Source: Cyanobacteriota bacterium (lineage in GTDB: Bacteria; Cyanobacteriota; Cyanobacteriia; PCC-6307; Cyanobiaceae). Taken from it: DNA of 64,000 bases. The stretch is taken from contig JBJOMY010000001.1 of the NCBI GenBank assembly GCA_046052125.1, positions 608,001 to 672,000 on the forward strand. Reading direction: 5' to 3'. The position numbers were made by a program, and so were the translations under genes. The notes below the pieces were generated by a model. The model saw nothing but the letters and a program-made list of their open reading frames with translations. It was not told the origin of the DNA and did not search any database. Positions 43,868 through 54,026 of the stretch are shown here, piece after piece; the stretch's first letter is position 1; each line of letters starts with the position of its first letter.

Positions 43868-44347
43868 ATGGCTAAACCATACACTCTTCATCCAGAGAAT
43901 AGCCCGTGGATCTGCATGTTTTCTCCCGAAACTTGGGAGATATGCAGGAATAACGGATATGCGCACGCTGCATTTACAAAGGCACGGGGCAAAAGTGCCG
44001 GCCGCATAAGGGAAGGCGACATCCTATTCGCATACGTATCTAAGAGGATGGCAATTGCAGGTGCTCTTATCGCAAATAGCGCCTGCGCATTTGATGATGA
44101 ATTCTCTGTTTATGGCCCCCCCGGCCAGTTTCCTTATCGACTTAGCTGCCAGCCATTGGCAATCCTTCCGCTAAACGAAGAGATTAAGCTTGCGGATCAT
44201 TTTCATCGTATATCAATTTTCAGTGGACTAAGGGATGGGCGATATTGGCCTGTTTGCCTTCGAAACAGCCCCAGAGATCTCAGGAGACGAGATTCGGACT
44301 ATTTGTTGTCATTATTTCCCGATTCGTATTTTGAAGCTTATGCTTAG
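43868..44347 (+). CDS. EVE (PUA-like) domain protein
   Basis: PWICMFSPETWE...RIREGDILFAYVS...AIAG...FPYRL; low GC. Confidence 0.7.
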   Translation: MAKPYTLHPENSPWICMFSPETWEICRNNGYAHAAFTKARGKSAGRIREGDILFAYVSKRMAIAGALIANSACAFDDEFSVYGPPGQFPYRLSCQPLAILPLNEEIKLADHFHRISIFSGLRDGRYWPVCLRNSPRDLRRRDSDYLLSLFPDSYFEAYA

Positions 44348-44629
44348 CTGTGTATCGCTGACTAGCCGTCCCAATTCCAGCAGGCATGGCTTCGCGAGCT
44401 ATGCCAGTGCTGATTCCGCAGAGACCGGTTGTCAACTCATCATGTGCGTACTACAAAGCCATGAACTTCTGAGCGCGAATAATGTGACCAGAATAATACT
44501 CCACCTTACATGTCATCTCTATTGCTACTACGGAATTGTTCATAATGCCCTAGGTCGCTGCTTTTCAAGCCTGAATTGCTTCTTGCGCGCCAGTGAAGAA
44601 TCTCAACGCGATGTCCCCTTATTCTGAAT

Positions 44630-46357
44630 ATGGCCAAAGCAGAGGCCACTGTAGAAGAGCTCGTTAGCAAGATCGAGCGCGGCGAGCTGCGTTTGCCAGA
44701 GATGCAGCGGCGTTATGTCTGGCGATCCAGCAGGGTGCGAGATTTGCTTGATTCCCTGTATCGCGGCTATCCCTCTGGCGCCATCCTGATCTGGGAAACC
44801 GATGAGTTGGTGCCACAGCAGGCCTTTGCGGTTGAGCAGCAATCAAACCCCTACGCCAAGACCCAGCTGCTCCTCGATGGCCAGCAGCGGCTCACCTCCC
44901 TCTCGGCCGTCATCCGCGGCAAACCGGTTCAGGTGAATGGTCGTGTTCGCCCGATCGAGTTGCTCTTCAATCTCGAGCACCCGGAGGCCCTCCCCTTCGT
45001 TACTGAAGTGGATGACAACACCATCGACGCACCCGAGTACAGCGATGACGGGGAAGAGCCGATCGATGAAGAGGCTGATGCCACAGAGGATGAACTGCAG
45101 AAGCGCTTCGACAAGATGACCTTCGTGGTCAGCACCCGCAAGCTCGAACAGCTTCCTCAATGGGTGAAGGTCAGCGAGGTGTTTGCTGGAACGCATGACA
45201 ACAATTACTTCCTCAAGCGAGCTGGCATCACAAGTCTGGATGATCCTCGCGCGGAGATTTATACGCAACGGCTCAACCGCCTCAAGGACATCCGTAAATA
45301 CGTCTACCGGATGGATGTGCTGGAGCGCACCCTCTCCTACGACGAGGTCACCGAAATCTTCGTGCGGGTGAACTCCCTTGGAGCCAAGCTCCGCAGCTCC
45401 GACCTCGCCCTCGCTCAGATCACCGCCAAATGGCGCGGATCCCTGAACGTGTTCCAGGCCTTCCAGGCCGATTGCTCGAAAGATGGATTTGAGCTCGACC
45501 TGGGCCTGCACCTCAAAAACCTGGTCGCCCATGCCACGGGTCAGTCCCGCTTCCTCACCGTTTCCAACCTCACCCTGGATGAGTTGAAGAGCGGCTGGGA
45601 CGACGGTTGCCGGGGCATGGAATTCGCGATCAATTTCCTGCGCAGCAATGCCGGCATCACCAGCCCCGCACTTCTGGCCTCGCCATTCCTGCTGATCAGC
45701 TTGGGCTTCTATGGCGCCCAGCGCTCCTACAAGCTCTCGGCCGGGGAAGAGAAAGGCCTACGCCGTTGGGTGTTGCTCGCCAATGCCAAGGGCCGCTACA
45801 GCCGGGGCTCCAGCGAAACCCTCCTCGATCAAGACCTCAAGATCCTCCGCGATGGCGGCGGCTTCCAGGAGCTGCTGGATCGGCTTCGCACCCAGGTGGG
45901 TCGATTGGATGTCACCCCAGAGGAGCTGGAAGGCCGCAATCAGCGCAGCGCCCTGTTCAAGACAATGTTCCTGGCCTTTCGAGCTGCCGACGCCCGCGAT
46001 TGGCACTCCAACCTGGTCATCGCTCTCAGCCATGTGGGCAATGCCCACCAGTTGCAGTTTCACCACATCTTCCCCAAAGCCGTTCTCAAGAGCACAGCCA
46101 CCACCCGGGAGACCGACGACATTGCCAACCTTGCCTTCATCAGCGGCAAGGCCAACCGCAAGATCAGTGCCAAGGAACCTGCCGCCTACTTCCCTGAGGT
46201 ACGAGAGGCCAATGGGGAGCAGCCCTTCAAGAGCCAGTGCATCCCCACCGACCCGGATCTCCTCACTGTTGAGCGCTACAAGGCGTTCCTGGCGGAGCGG
46301 CGGCGATTGATCGCTGAGCGGCTGAACGAATTTCTCGGCAGCGGGCAGGAGGCGTAA
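44630..46357 (+). CDS. GmrSD-like protein (DUF262 plus C-terminal HNH/DUF1524-like domain)
   Basis: LPEMQRRYVW, DSLYRGYPSG, LLDGQQRLTSL, IFVRVNSLG; FHHIFPK...IANLAFI...ANRKIS. Confidence 0.88.
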   Translation: MAKAEATVEELVSKIERGELRLPEMQRRYVWRSSRVRDLLDSLYRGYPSGAILIWETDELVPQQAFAVEQQSNPYAKTQLLLDGQQRLTSLSAVIRGKPVQVNGRVRPIELLFNLEHPEALPFVTEVDDNTIDAPEYSDDGEEPIDEEADATEDELQKRFDKMTFVVSTRKLEQLPQWVKVSEVFAGTHDNNYFLKRAGITSLDDPRAEIYTQRLNRLKDIRKYVYRMDVLERTLSYDEVTEIFVRVNSLGAKLRSSDLALAQITAKWRGSLNVFQAFQADCSKDGFELDLGLHLKNLVAHATGQSRFLTVSNLTLDELKSGWDDGCRGMEFAINFLRSNAGITSPALLASPFLLISLGFYGAQRSYKLSAGEEKGLRRWVLLANAKGRYSRGSSETLLDQDLKILRDGGGFQELLDRLRTQVGRLDVTPEELEGRNQRSALFKTMFLAFRAADARDWHSNLVIALSHVGNAHQLQFHHIFPKAVLKSTATTRETDDIANLAFISGKANRKISAKEPAAYFPEVREANGEQPFKSQCIPTDPDLLTVERYKAFLAERRRLIAERLNEFLGSGQEA

Positions 46358-46362
46358 CAGCC

Positions 46363-49300
46363 ATGGAGTCCAATCCGTCCCCTCTCATCCAGGATGAGTC
46401 CTCACCAGAGGGCCACCCCCTGACCTCCAACGCCACAAGCGCTGCCGTCCGTGACCAGCTGATTCGGGCCCTGGAGCTCGACCTTGTGGGGCCCACCCCC
46501 GCCCTGCTGGCGGAGCTGGATGCCGAAGGACGAGGCGAGGAGGCATCTGAGCTTCGAGAAGAGCTGCTCGATCGCCCCCCCAACCGCTGGTACCAGACCG
46601 GTTTCCTGATCCCCAGCGAAACCAGCCTCGGAGATCGCGCTGACGATGCAGCCGACGACGAGTTCGCCGGCCTCGATGGCCAGAACCTGTCGCCCAAGCG
46701 CAAGAGCAACGCCAGCGGTGATGACACCGGCGCCAGTGAAGCCGGGCCGGCGCGGCGGGTTTTCTTCACCTGCTCCGTTGGCTTGAGCCTTCTCATCCCG
46801 CCAGCCACCGGGCTGGAGGTCACCGTGCATTGGGCCGTCTACAAGCCCACCGCTCCGCCAGAAGACAGCAAGGCCGACGAGGCCTGGTTGCGCGAACCCC
46901 ACTCCGAGCCACTCAGCCTCCCGGCAGAGCTGTTTGATCCGAACGGCCGATCAGCCCAGTCCAAGGAGGTGCCCGGCAGCGATGGCCTGCTGCTCCGCTG
47001 GCACCTGAGACCTGCCCCTGCAGATCAGGGCTACCCCCCTGGAGCCGTGGCCGTGAGCCTGTTCCTCACCAACGAACGCAGCTTTGAGGGTCGCAGCGCG
47101 GAAGACCGCGACCGCGCCAGTGCCTACCAGGTGCAGCTGGATGTGGCCTGCAGCGCCGGCTTCCTGGAACGCCGCGACCCCCGCGCCGCTGATCTGGCGA
47201 TCAACGCCAACGATTGGGACCATCGCGTTAACAATCTCCACTACCGGGGTGACCACGAATTCGCGGTGGGCCACAACATCTCTGTGGCACCACGGATAGA
47301 CGCCAACGGTGCTTGCCACCGGATCAGCACCACCTGGCTGCCCCAGGCCACCGTGGAGAAGGTGCTGCCGAGGGTTGGGGAGCTGGAAGCAGCCGGCCTG
47401 GCGCTCTCGATGCCGGATCTGGATCGCCTTGCCGGCGAAGGGGCTGGCCCCGTTCAGACGGCATTGCGTCCTCTTGTGAAGGCCTACACGGACTGGATCG
47501 AGAAGCAGGGCGCTGCCGCGGCCAAGGCCAGCCCGCAGCAACAGGCCACGGCCACGGAGCTCCTGCAGGAAGCCACCAAGCAGGCCCGGCGGATCGAGCG
47601 TGGCATTGAAGCGCTGGAGAACGAGCAGGTGCGGCTGGCCTTTGCGATCGCCAACCGCGTGATGGCCGCCGCTGCACGTCAGCGATTTGGGGTGATGCGG
47701 AACCAAAACCCCGACGCCGTGAAGCCCCAATGGCGGCCATTCCAGCTCGCCTTTGTGTTGATGAACCTTGTGGGGATGGCCGAGCCCACCGATGCCGACC
47801 GCGACACCATCGACCTGCTGTTCTTTCCCACCGGCGGCGGCAAGACCGAGGCCTACCTGGGTCTGGCGGCCTACACCCTGGTTCTGCGCCGGCTGCGCCA
47901 TGGGGGGTCGATCGAGTCGGCCGGCATGAGCGTGCTGATGCGCTACACCCTGCGCCTACTCACCCTCGATCAGCTCGGCCGCGCCTCCACCTTGATCTGC
48001 GCCCTCGAGCTAGAGCGCCGCAAGGATCCCAAGCTGCTCGGCCAGTGGCCATTCGAGATCGGCCTGTGGGTGGGGCAGAGCGGCACCCCCAACAAACTGG
48101 GTCACAAAGGCGATGGCGACGACAACAGTGCCCGCTCCCGCGTGCTGGCCTGGAGTGGCGGCGACAACAAGCCGATTCCGATCGACAACTGCCCTTGGTG
48201 CGGCACCGAGCTGGGCAAAGCATCCCTGCACGACGATCGCCCAGCGGTGGCCCGCGGGGTGTTCCGCCTGCTCCCCGATGCGGATCAGCCCAAGGAGCTC
48301 AGGGTCTGCTGCCGCAACCGAGCGTGCCGCTTCTCAGGCGACAGCACCCTGCCGCTGGTGGCTGTCGACGAGATGCTCTACCAACGCCTGCCGGCCTTCG
48401 TGATCGCCACGGTCGACAAGTTCGCCGCCCTGCCATGGGTGGGAGCCACCGGAAAATTGTTCGGCCGCGTCTCCCATGCCCAGCCAGGCAAGGGCTTCTT
48501 TGGTCCCAGTGATGGAACCGAGCAGGCCGGAGCACCGCTGCCCCATGGCCTGGAACCCCCCGATCTGATCATCCAGGACGAACTGCACCTCATCTCCGGC
48601 CCACTCGGCTCGATGGGCGGTCTCTATGAAGCCGTGATCGATGAACTCTGCGCCCGCCAGGTGGAGACATCCGCTGGTGTGCAGACCGTGCGGCCCAAGA
48701 TCGTGGCCTCCACCGCCACGGTGCGTCGCGCCAGCCAGCAGATGCAGGCTCTGTTCGGCCGGTGCAGCCCACCGGCCGTCTTCCCGGCCCCGGGCCCCGA
48801 TCGGCGCGATTCCTTTTTCTCCTACACCGCCTCAGTGTCAGAAGCGCAAGGGAGGATCTACGTCGGCGTGTCAGCACCGGGTCGCAACATCAAGGCCTTG
48901 CTTCTGCGGGTGGGACTGGCCTTGATGAGCACGGCCCAGAAGCTCTACGCCCAGGCCGAAAAGGAACGGAAGGCCCGCGAGAAACGAGGCGAAGACAAGG
49001 GACCCAACCCGGTTGACCCCTACATGACCTTTCTGGGTTACTTCAACACCATCAAGGAACTCGGGATCACACGCCGCCTGCTGGAAGAAGAAGTCACCTC
49101 CCTGCTCACCACCTACGACCAGCGCCGTCGTCTCAACGAAAGCAGCACTCGCTACGCCCGCCGCAAGATCGCCAATGAACCCCTCGAGCTCACCTCACGG
49201 GTGCCCACCTCAGAAGTGAGCACGACCAAGGCCCGCCTCGAACTCAGCTTCGACAACGAGAAGCAACGGGTCGATACGGCTCTGGCCACCAACATGATCT

Positions 49301-49980
49301 CGGTCGGTCTCGACATCAGCCGCCTCGGCCTGATGGTGATGCTGGGCCAGCCCAAGACCACAGCCGAATACATCCAGGCCAGCAGCCGCGTCGGCCGCGA
49401 CGACCAGCGCCCTGGCCTGGTGGTGGTGCTGCTCAACCCCAACCGACCGCGCGACCGCTCCCACTACGAGCGCTTCAGCTTCTGGCACTCGGTTTTCTAC
49501 CGCGATGTGGAAGCCACCAGCGTCACCCCTTGGTCGTCCAGAGCCCTGCAGCGGGGGCTGCCGGCCATCACCGTGGCCCTCGCCCGGCACCTCAGCCCCG
49601 CGCTCAGCTGGGCCAAGGATGCAGGAAACGCTGAGGCGATCGATGCCATTCAGGCGGAGGTTGCCCAACGGCTCGGTGATCGGGCCCGCCGCTCCGCCCC
49701 CAGCAAGGCGCTCAGCGAACACACCGAGGCCGAGGTGCGCCAGCGGGCCATGAACCTGCTCGACAAGTGGATCCGCATTGCCCGCGACAATGGCGGCCTC
49801 CTTCAGTACGGCCGTGAGGCGGGTGAAGTGGCCCCCCTTCTCCATACCCCGCTGGACCCCGATCTCAAGGAGCTCAAGGCCATGGAGCAGGAGTTCCTGG
49901 CCAACTGGAGCCTGCGCGATGTGGAGCCCAGCGCCGCGCTGATCCGCCAACGCCCCGATGGCGATGGGGAGGTGAGCTGA
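46363..49980 (+). CDS. drmA: DISARM helicase DrmA
   Basis: FPTGGGKTEAYLG, RYTLRLLT, QDELHLISGPLG, ATNMISVGLDI, YIQASSRVGR. Confidence 0.95.
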   Translation: MESNPSPLIQDESSPEGHPLTSNATSAAVRDQLIRALELDLVGPTPALLAELDAEGRGEEASELREELLDRPPNRWYQTGFLIPSETSLGDRADDAADDEFAGLDGQNLSPKRKSNASGDDTGASEAGPARRVFFTCSVGLSLLIPPATGLEVTVHWAVYKPTAPPEDSKADEAWLREPHSEPLSLPAELFDPNGRSAQSKEVPGSDGLLLRWHLRPAPADQGYPPGAVAVSLFLTNERSFEGRSAEDRDRASAYQVQLDVACSAGFLERRDPRAADLAINANDWDHRVNNLHYRGDHEFAVGHNISVAPRIDANGACHRISTTWLPQATVEKVLPRVGELEAAGLALSMPDLDRLAGEGAGPVQTALRPLVKAYTDWIEKQGAAAAKASPQQQATATELLQEATKQARRIERGIEALENEQVRLAFAIANRVMAAAARQRFGVMRNQNPDAVKPQWRPFQLAFVLMNLVGMAEPTDADRDTIDLLFFPTGGGKTEAYLGLAAYTLVLRRLRHGGSIESAGMSVLMRYTLRLLTLDQLGRASTLICALELERRKDPKLLGQWPFEIGLWVGQSGTPNKLGHKGDGDDNSARSRVLAWSGGDNKPIPIDNCPWCGTELGKASLHDDRPAVARGVFRLLPDADQPKELRVCCRNRACRFSGDSTLPLVAVDEMLYQRLPAFVIATVDKFAALPWVGATGKLFGRVSHAQPGKGFFGPSDGTEQAGAPLPHGLEPPDLIIQDELHLISGPLGSMGGLYEAVIDELCARQVETSAGVQTVRPKIVASTATVRRASQQMQALFGRCSPPAVFPAPGPDRRDSFFSYTASVSEAQGRIYVGVSAPGRNIKALLLRVGLALMSTAQKLYAQAEKERKAREKRGEDKGPNPVDPYMTFLGYFNTIKELGITRRLLEEEVTSLLTTYDQRRRLNESSTRYARRKIANEPLELTSRVPTSEVSTTKARLELSFDNEKQRVDTALATNMISVGLDISRLGLMVMLGQPKTTAEYIQASSRVGRDDQRPGLVVVLLNPNRPRDRSHYERFSFWHSVFYRDVEATSVTPWSSRALQRGLPAITVALARHLSPALSWAKDAGNAEAIDAIQAEVAQRLGDRARRSAPSKALSEHTEAEVRQRAMNLLDKWIRIARDNGGLLQYGREAGEVAPLLHTPLDPDLKELKAMEQEFLANWSLRDVEPSAALIRQRPDGDGEVS

Positions 49981-51902
49981 TGCCGCGTCAGCAGACCAGC
50001 CGTCCCCAGGGCGAGGTGCGTCACAGCCAGCTGATCACCACCTATGGCCCAGGCGCCATGGTGGATTTGCCCGATTGCTCCGTTGTGATCGGTGGCCTCA
50101 ACTTCTGGATGTATGGCCCCGATCAGCCCCCCGAGGAGATTGATGAACCGCGCCTGATTGCCAAGCTGCGCCAGAGCCTCAATGTCGGCTCCCTGCGCTT
50201 GCGCAAACCCCCTATGCATGACGTTGGGCCCGGGGGCCAGAGCCGTCCCGGCGGCATCCGCAGTCCTGAGTTCCCCAACTGGTTCGTGGCCCAGCTGGAT
50301 CGAACAGAGACCTTTGAGGGCAAGACCTATCGCAGCCGGCCGCTGGTGGAGGGCGCCCGCCTCGACAAGCGCAAGTACGTCGATGCGGATCGGAAGGCAC
50401 ATCGCGTCGTACCGGTGCGCTTCGTGCAGAGCTGCCCCAACGGCCATCTCAGTGACATCGACTGGCGTGAATTCGTGCATCGCGGCAAAACCACCTGCCG
50501 GGCCACGCTTTGGCTCGATGAGGCCGGGGCTGGCAACGACTTCACCGAGATCTTTGTGCGCTGCTCCAATCCAACGTGCATGGAGAAGCACGGGCGCCGG
50601 CAGCTGTCGGAGGCCAAGCAAAAACTCAAGGGCGACGATGACGAAAGGCCCGCGCTCGGTTTCTGCCAGGGGCATCGGCCCTGGCTGGGACCGTTCGGCC
50701 AGGAATTCTGCGACAACGGCAAAGGCAAGGGCGGCAGTTATGCCAATCGCCTGCTGGTGCGGTCTGCCAGCAACGCCTACTTTCCCGAGCTGATCTCGGC
50801 GATCTCCATCCCCGAGCCGATCGACGCTGTGCGGGAGGTGATCAGCAATCATCTCAAGGCCTTTGAGAAGATCACCAGCCCCGCCAAACTCGAAGTCTGG
50901 CTGGAGGACTACGCTCCCGACCACATCAAGGATCCTCTCGCTGGTACAGCGCCTGCTGAGATCTTCGAGGCTCTCGAAGCCATCCGTGGTGGTGAGGCTG
51001 CTCCCGAGAAGACCGAGGCCCTCAAGCGACAGGAACTTCGGGCCTTGGTCGGCCCCATCGATGGGCTTCAGCGCGGCAGGGGCAGCAGCCGCTTCGAAGC
51101 CGAAAATCTGGATCTATCGGCCAAGCCAGCCTGGTTTAAGCAGCGCGTCAACCGGGTGTTGAAGGTTCACCAGCTGAGAGAAGTGATGGCCCTGCTCGGC
51201 TTCACCCGTCTGGAGCCCGTGGTGAGCCAGATTGATGGTGATCCCCTGGATCTGGGCGTGAAACGCGCCAAGATCGATGTAAAGGAAGAAACCTGGCTGC
51301 CGGCCGTGGAAAATCTCGGGGAAGGCATCTTCCTCAGCTTTGATCCAGACGCGATCCGCACCTGGATCAAGAGCGCTGGAGCTGCGCAACAGCTCTCCAA
51401 ACACCGTGACGCCTTCAAGATCTGGAACAAGGAGCACGGGCTCACGGAGGACAAGTTTCAGTGGCCTGGCGGCGCCTACGTGATGCTGCACAGCCTTGCC
51501 CATCTGCTGATCACCGAAGCGGCTCTGGATTGTGGGTATGGGGCCTCAGCGATCAAGGAGCGGATCTACGCCTTCGATGACATTGGCTACGGCATCCTTC
51601 TCTACACCGGAGGCAGTGGATCCGAGGGTTCACTCGGAGGACTGGTGGGCCTGGCTGATCGCATCGATGACCTGCTGGCGATGGCGCTCGAGCGAGCCGC
51701 CCTGTGCTCCAACGACCCCTTCTGCGCCAGCCATGACCCCAACAGCGAATTGGAGAAGCGTTATGCGCATGGCGCCGCCTGTCATGGCTGTCTGCTGATC
51801 GCCGAAACCAGCTGTGAACGCCGCAATGAGTTTCTCGATCGAGCCCTCGTCGTGCCCACCCTGATTCAACGCGATGCGGCCTTCTTCACCGATGGGCCCT
51901 GA
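49980..51902 (+). CDS. drmB: DISARM DrmB (DUF1998)
   Basis: RHSQLITTYGPGA; LHSLAHLLI; CSNDPFC...ACHGCLLIAETSCE. Confidence 0.95.
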   Translation: MPRQQTSRPQGEVRHSQLITTYGPGAMVDLPDCSVVIGGLNFWMYGPDQPPEEIDEPRLIAKLRQSLNVGSLRLRKPPMHDVGPGGQSRPGGIRSPEFPNWFVAQLDRTETFEGKTYRSRPLVEGARLDKRKYVDADRKAHRVVPVRFVQSCPNGHLSDIDWREFVHRGKTTCRATLWLDEAGAGNDFTEIFVRCSNPTCMEKHGRRQLSEAKQKLKGDDDERPALGFCQGHRPWLGPFGQEFCDNGKGKGGSYANRLLVRSASNAYFPELISAISIPEPIDAVREVISNHLKAFEKITSPAKLEVWLEDYAPDHIKDPLAGTAPAEIFEALEAIRGGEAAPEKTEALKRQELRALVGPIDGLQRGRGSSRFEAENLDLSAKPAWFKQRVNRVLKVHQLREVMALLGFTRLEPVVSQIDGDPLDLGVKRAKIDVKEETWLPAVENLGEGIFLSFDPDAIRTWIKSAGAAQQLSKHRDAFKIWNKEHGLTEDKFQWPGGAYVMLHSLAHLLITEAALDCGYGASAIKERIYAFDDIGYGILLYTGGSGSEGSLGGLVGLADRIDDLLAMALERAALCSNDPFCASHDPNSELEKRYAHGAACHGCLLIAETSCERRNEFLDRALVVPTLIQRDAAFFTDGP

Positions 51903-52714
51903 TGGCAGCGCCCTTCCCCAAGCTGAGCACCGCGGAACTGGAAACCCTGCTGGCGGCACTGGAGTCCCAGCACGGCGGTACCGGCTTTCTCGCCGACAGC
52001 CTCGCTGATCCACCGGCTTTCCTGGCCAGGATTGGTCTGAATGCTGGCCCCGTTTCACTGGTCGCCTGGCTGGAGCGTTGGTGCGCTGCAGGCGGCAGTC
52101 AGGAGGCTTTACGCATGACCGTTCAAGCTCTGTTGGATCAGCGAAGTCGTGAAGCGCTCGCTCACTCCATCGAACTGGTGTGGTCGGGCCCCGATGCCGG
52201 AGCAGGCGCGATCACCCGCGATCAGTCAGTGCTGATTCGTCAGTTGGTGGAACGTGCCGAACAGCGCCTGTTGCTCACCACCTACGCCTTCTACAAGGGG
52301 CCGTTCATCAAAGCGTTGTTCGAGCTGATCCGCGAGCGCATGGTCGCGTTCCCAACATTGCAAGTTTGCATGGTCTGCAACATTCAGCGTGATCGCGGAG
52401 ACACCTCCTCTCCCGAGGCCTTGATCCGCAAGTTTCAGCAACAAACCTGGTCCCGCCTTTGGCCCGAATCTCCAGCACCTTCCTTGTTCTTTGATCCCCG
52501 ATCCCTCTCTCTTGAAAGAGAGAAGGCTGTCTGTCACGTCAAAGCGGTGGTGGCCGATCAAGAGGTGCTTGTGACCAGCGCCAACCTCACCGATGCCGCC
52601 CAGCTCTCCAACTTCGAGCTTGGCCTCCATCTCAGAAGTTCTGCCCATGCCGATGACGTCTGGGACCATTTTGATCGCCTGATTCAACAGGGCCTCTTGC
52701 AACGCGTTGGTTGA
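51902..52714 (+). CDS. drmC: DISARM phospholipase D-like nuclease DrmC
   Basis: ELVWSGP; HVKAVVAD (HxKxxxxD); TSANLT; NFELG. Confidence 0.92.
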   Translation: MAAPFPKLSTAELETLLAALESQHGGTGFLADSLADPPAFLARIGLNAGPVSLVAWLERWCAAGGSQEALRMTVQALLDQRSREALAHSIELVWSGPDAGAGAITRDQSVLIRQLVERAEQRLLLTTYAFYKGPFIKALFELIRERMVAFPTLQVCMVCNIQRDRGDTSSPEALIRKFQQQTWSRLWPESPAPSLFFDPRSLSLEREKAVCHVKAVVADQEVLVTSANLTDAAQLSNFELGLHLRSSAHADDVWDHFDRLIQQGLLQRVG

Positions 52715-53214
52715 AGTCGGCGAGTGATCGGAGCCCCGATCAACCCCACAGCGGTTCCGAAGGACTTCGACAACGACCCAGCGCTCGTGATTAACCCATA
52801 GGAGCACACACTGCTGAACAACAGCTGGCGTCAGTCATTGCGCAGCTTGATCGTCATCACCAACTCCGTCCAGACCCGGGCTTTCAATGCCCTGATGCAT
52901 CTTGCAAAGGAGAAGTAGCGCAGCGGCGAGACCACCCCATGCAGACCGACTCGCGCACCTTCAAGCCCCAGGCGCTGGGCGCCCAGTGGTGAGTCTGTAA
53001 CGGCCTCAGGGTCATGGGCTATCTCGGGACTTGCTGCCGTGCTGATCGCGCATTGGGGGAATGGATCGCCACCAGGGCCGGCGCACACCCACCGGATCCC
53101 TCGGCCAGTCCTCACGCCGCGCCAAGGATCAGGCCATGCGCCCTCCGGTGTCGGGCGTCCTTGCCCCGGCATTGCGGCCGGCCGGTGGGGGTGGGGTTCT
53201 TCGCCGTCCTGCCG

Positions 53215-53817
53215 ATGGCTTCCCCCGCCACCTCCCTCAGCCGCTCGGCCCTCAAGGCCCGTGATGCCCTGGTGCTGGAGCACCTGCCCCTGGCTGATGC
53301 CATTGCCTCTGCCACCGCCCGGCGCCTGTCCCCGCTGGTGGAGCGGGAAGATCTGATCCAGGTGGCCCGAGAAGCCCTGGTCCGTTCCGCTCCCCGCTGC
53401 AGAGCCGGTGAGCCGGCAGCGCCTTATCTGCGCCGCTGCATCAGCGGGGCGCTGCAGCACCACCTGCGCGATCGGGTGCGGCTGGTGCGCGTGCCACGCC
53501 GTCTGCATGAGCAGGGGCAATGCCCGCTGCGGCACCTCAGCCTCGATGCCAGCACTGATGGCGAGCCCTGCCTGCTCGATCAGCTGGCTGCTCCGGAGGC
53601 CGAGCCGGCCATGAGCGAGGCCATCAATGGCCTGGCGCTGGAGCAGCTGGTGGATCAGCTGCCCGCCGCCCAGGCCACAGCCCTGAAGCTCACCGTCCTG
53701 GAAGGCCTGTCGCTGCGGGCTGCGGCGGAGCGGCTGGAGATCAGCGCCATGTCTGTGATGCGGGCCCAGAAGAAGGCCATCGCGGCTCTGCGCCAGCAGC
53801 TCTCTGGTGGGGGCTGA
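53215..53817 (+). CDS. Sigma-70 family (SigF-like) RNA polymerase sigma factor
   Basis: Region 2 EDLIQVAREAL...HHLRDRVRLVRVPR; region 4 LEGLSLRAAAERLEISAMSVMR. Confidence 0.88.
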   Translation: MASPATSLSRSALKARDALVLEHLPLADAIASATARRLSPLVEREDLIQVAREALVRSAPRCRAGEPAAPYLRRCISGALQHHLRDRVRLVRVPRRLHEQGQCPLRHLSLDASTDGEPCLLDQLAAPEAEPAMSEAINGLALEQLVDQLPAAQATALKLTVLEGLSLRAAAERLEISAMSVMRAQKKAIAALRQQLSGGG

Positions 53818-53828
53818 GGCCCCTCCAC

Positions 53829-54023
53829 TCAGGCCTGCTCGAACACCAGCGTGGAGAGCGGCCACCAGCCGCTACCGCCTTCGTCGTAGGAGAGCTCCAC
53901 CAGCGAATCGGTGTCGCTGATTGCGGCTGCCAGGTTCAGCACAGTGGCGCCGGTCGTCGGGCTGATCCGATCGCGCCAGCAGCGCGCTCCAACCTCTGGC
54001 TGTGGTGCGGGCGTCATGGTCAT
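53829..54023 (-). CDS. Small hypothetical protein (SH3-like), last gene of the capsid operon
   Basis: 64 aa; 3 bp from the upstream gene; LVELSYDEGGSGWWPL. Confidence 0.6.
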   Translation of the reverse strand: MTMTPAPQPEVGARCWRDRISPTTGATVLNLAAAISDTDSLVELSYDEGGSGWWPLSTLVFEQA

Positions 54024-54026
54024 GGA

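Noticed and set aside
52745..52918. Possible extra gene after drmC
   Set aside because: A coding-like frame is interrupted by TAG and has no clear start; at most an unidentifiable remnant.
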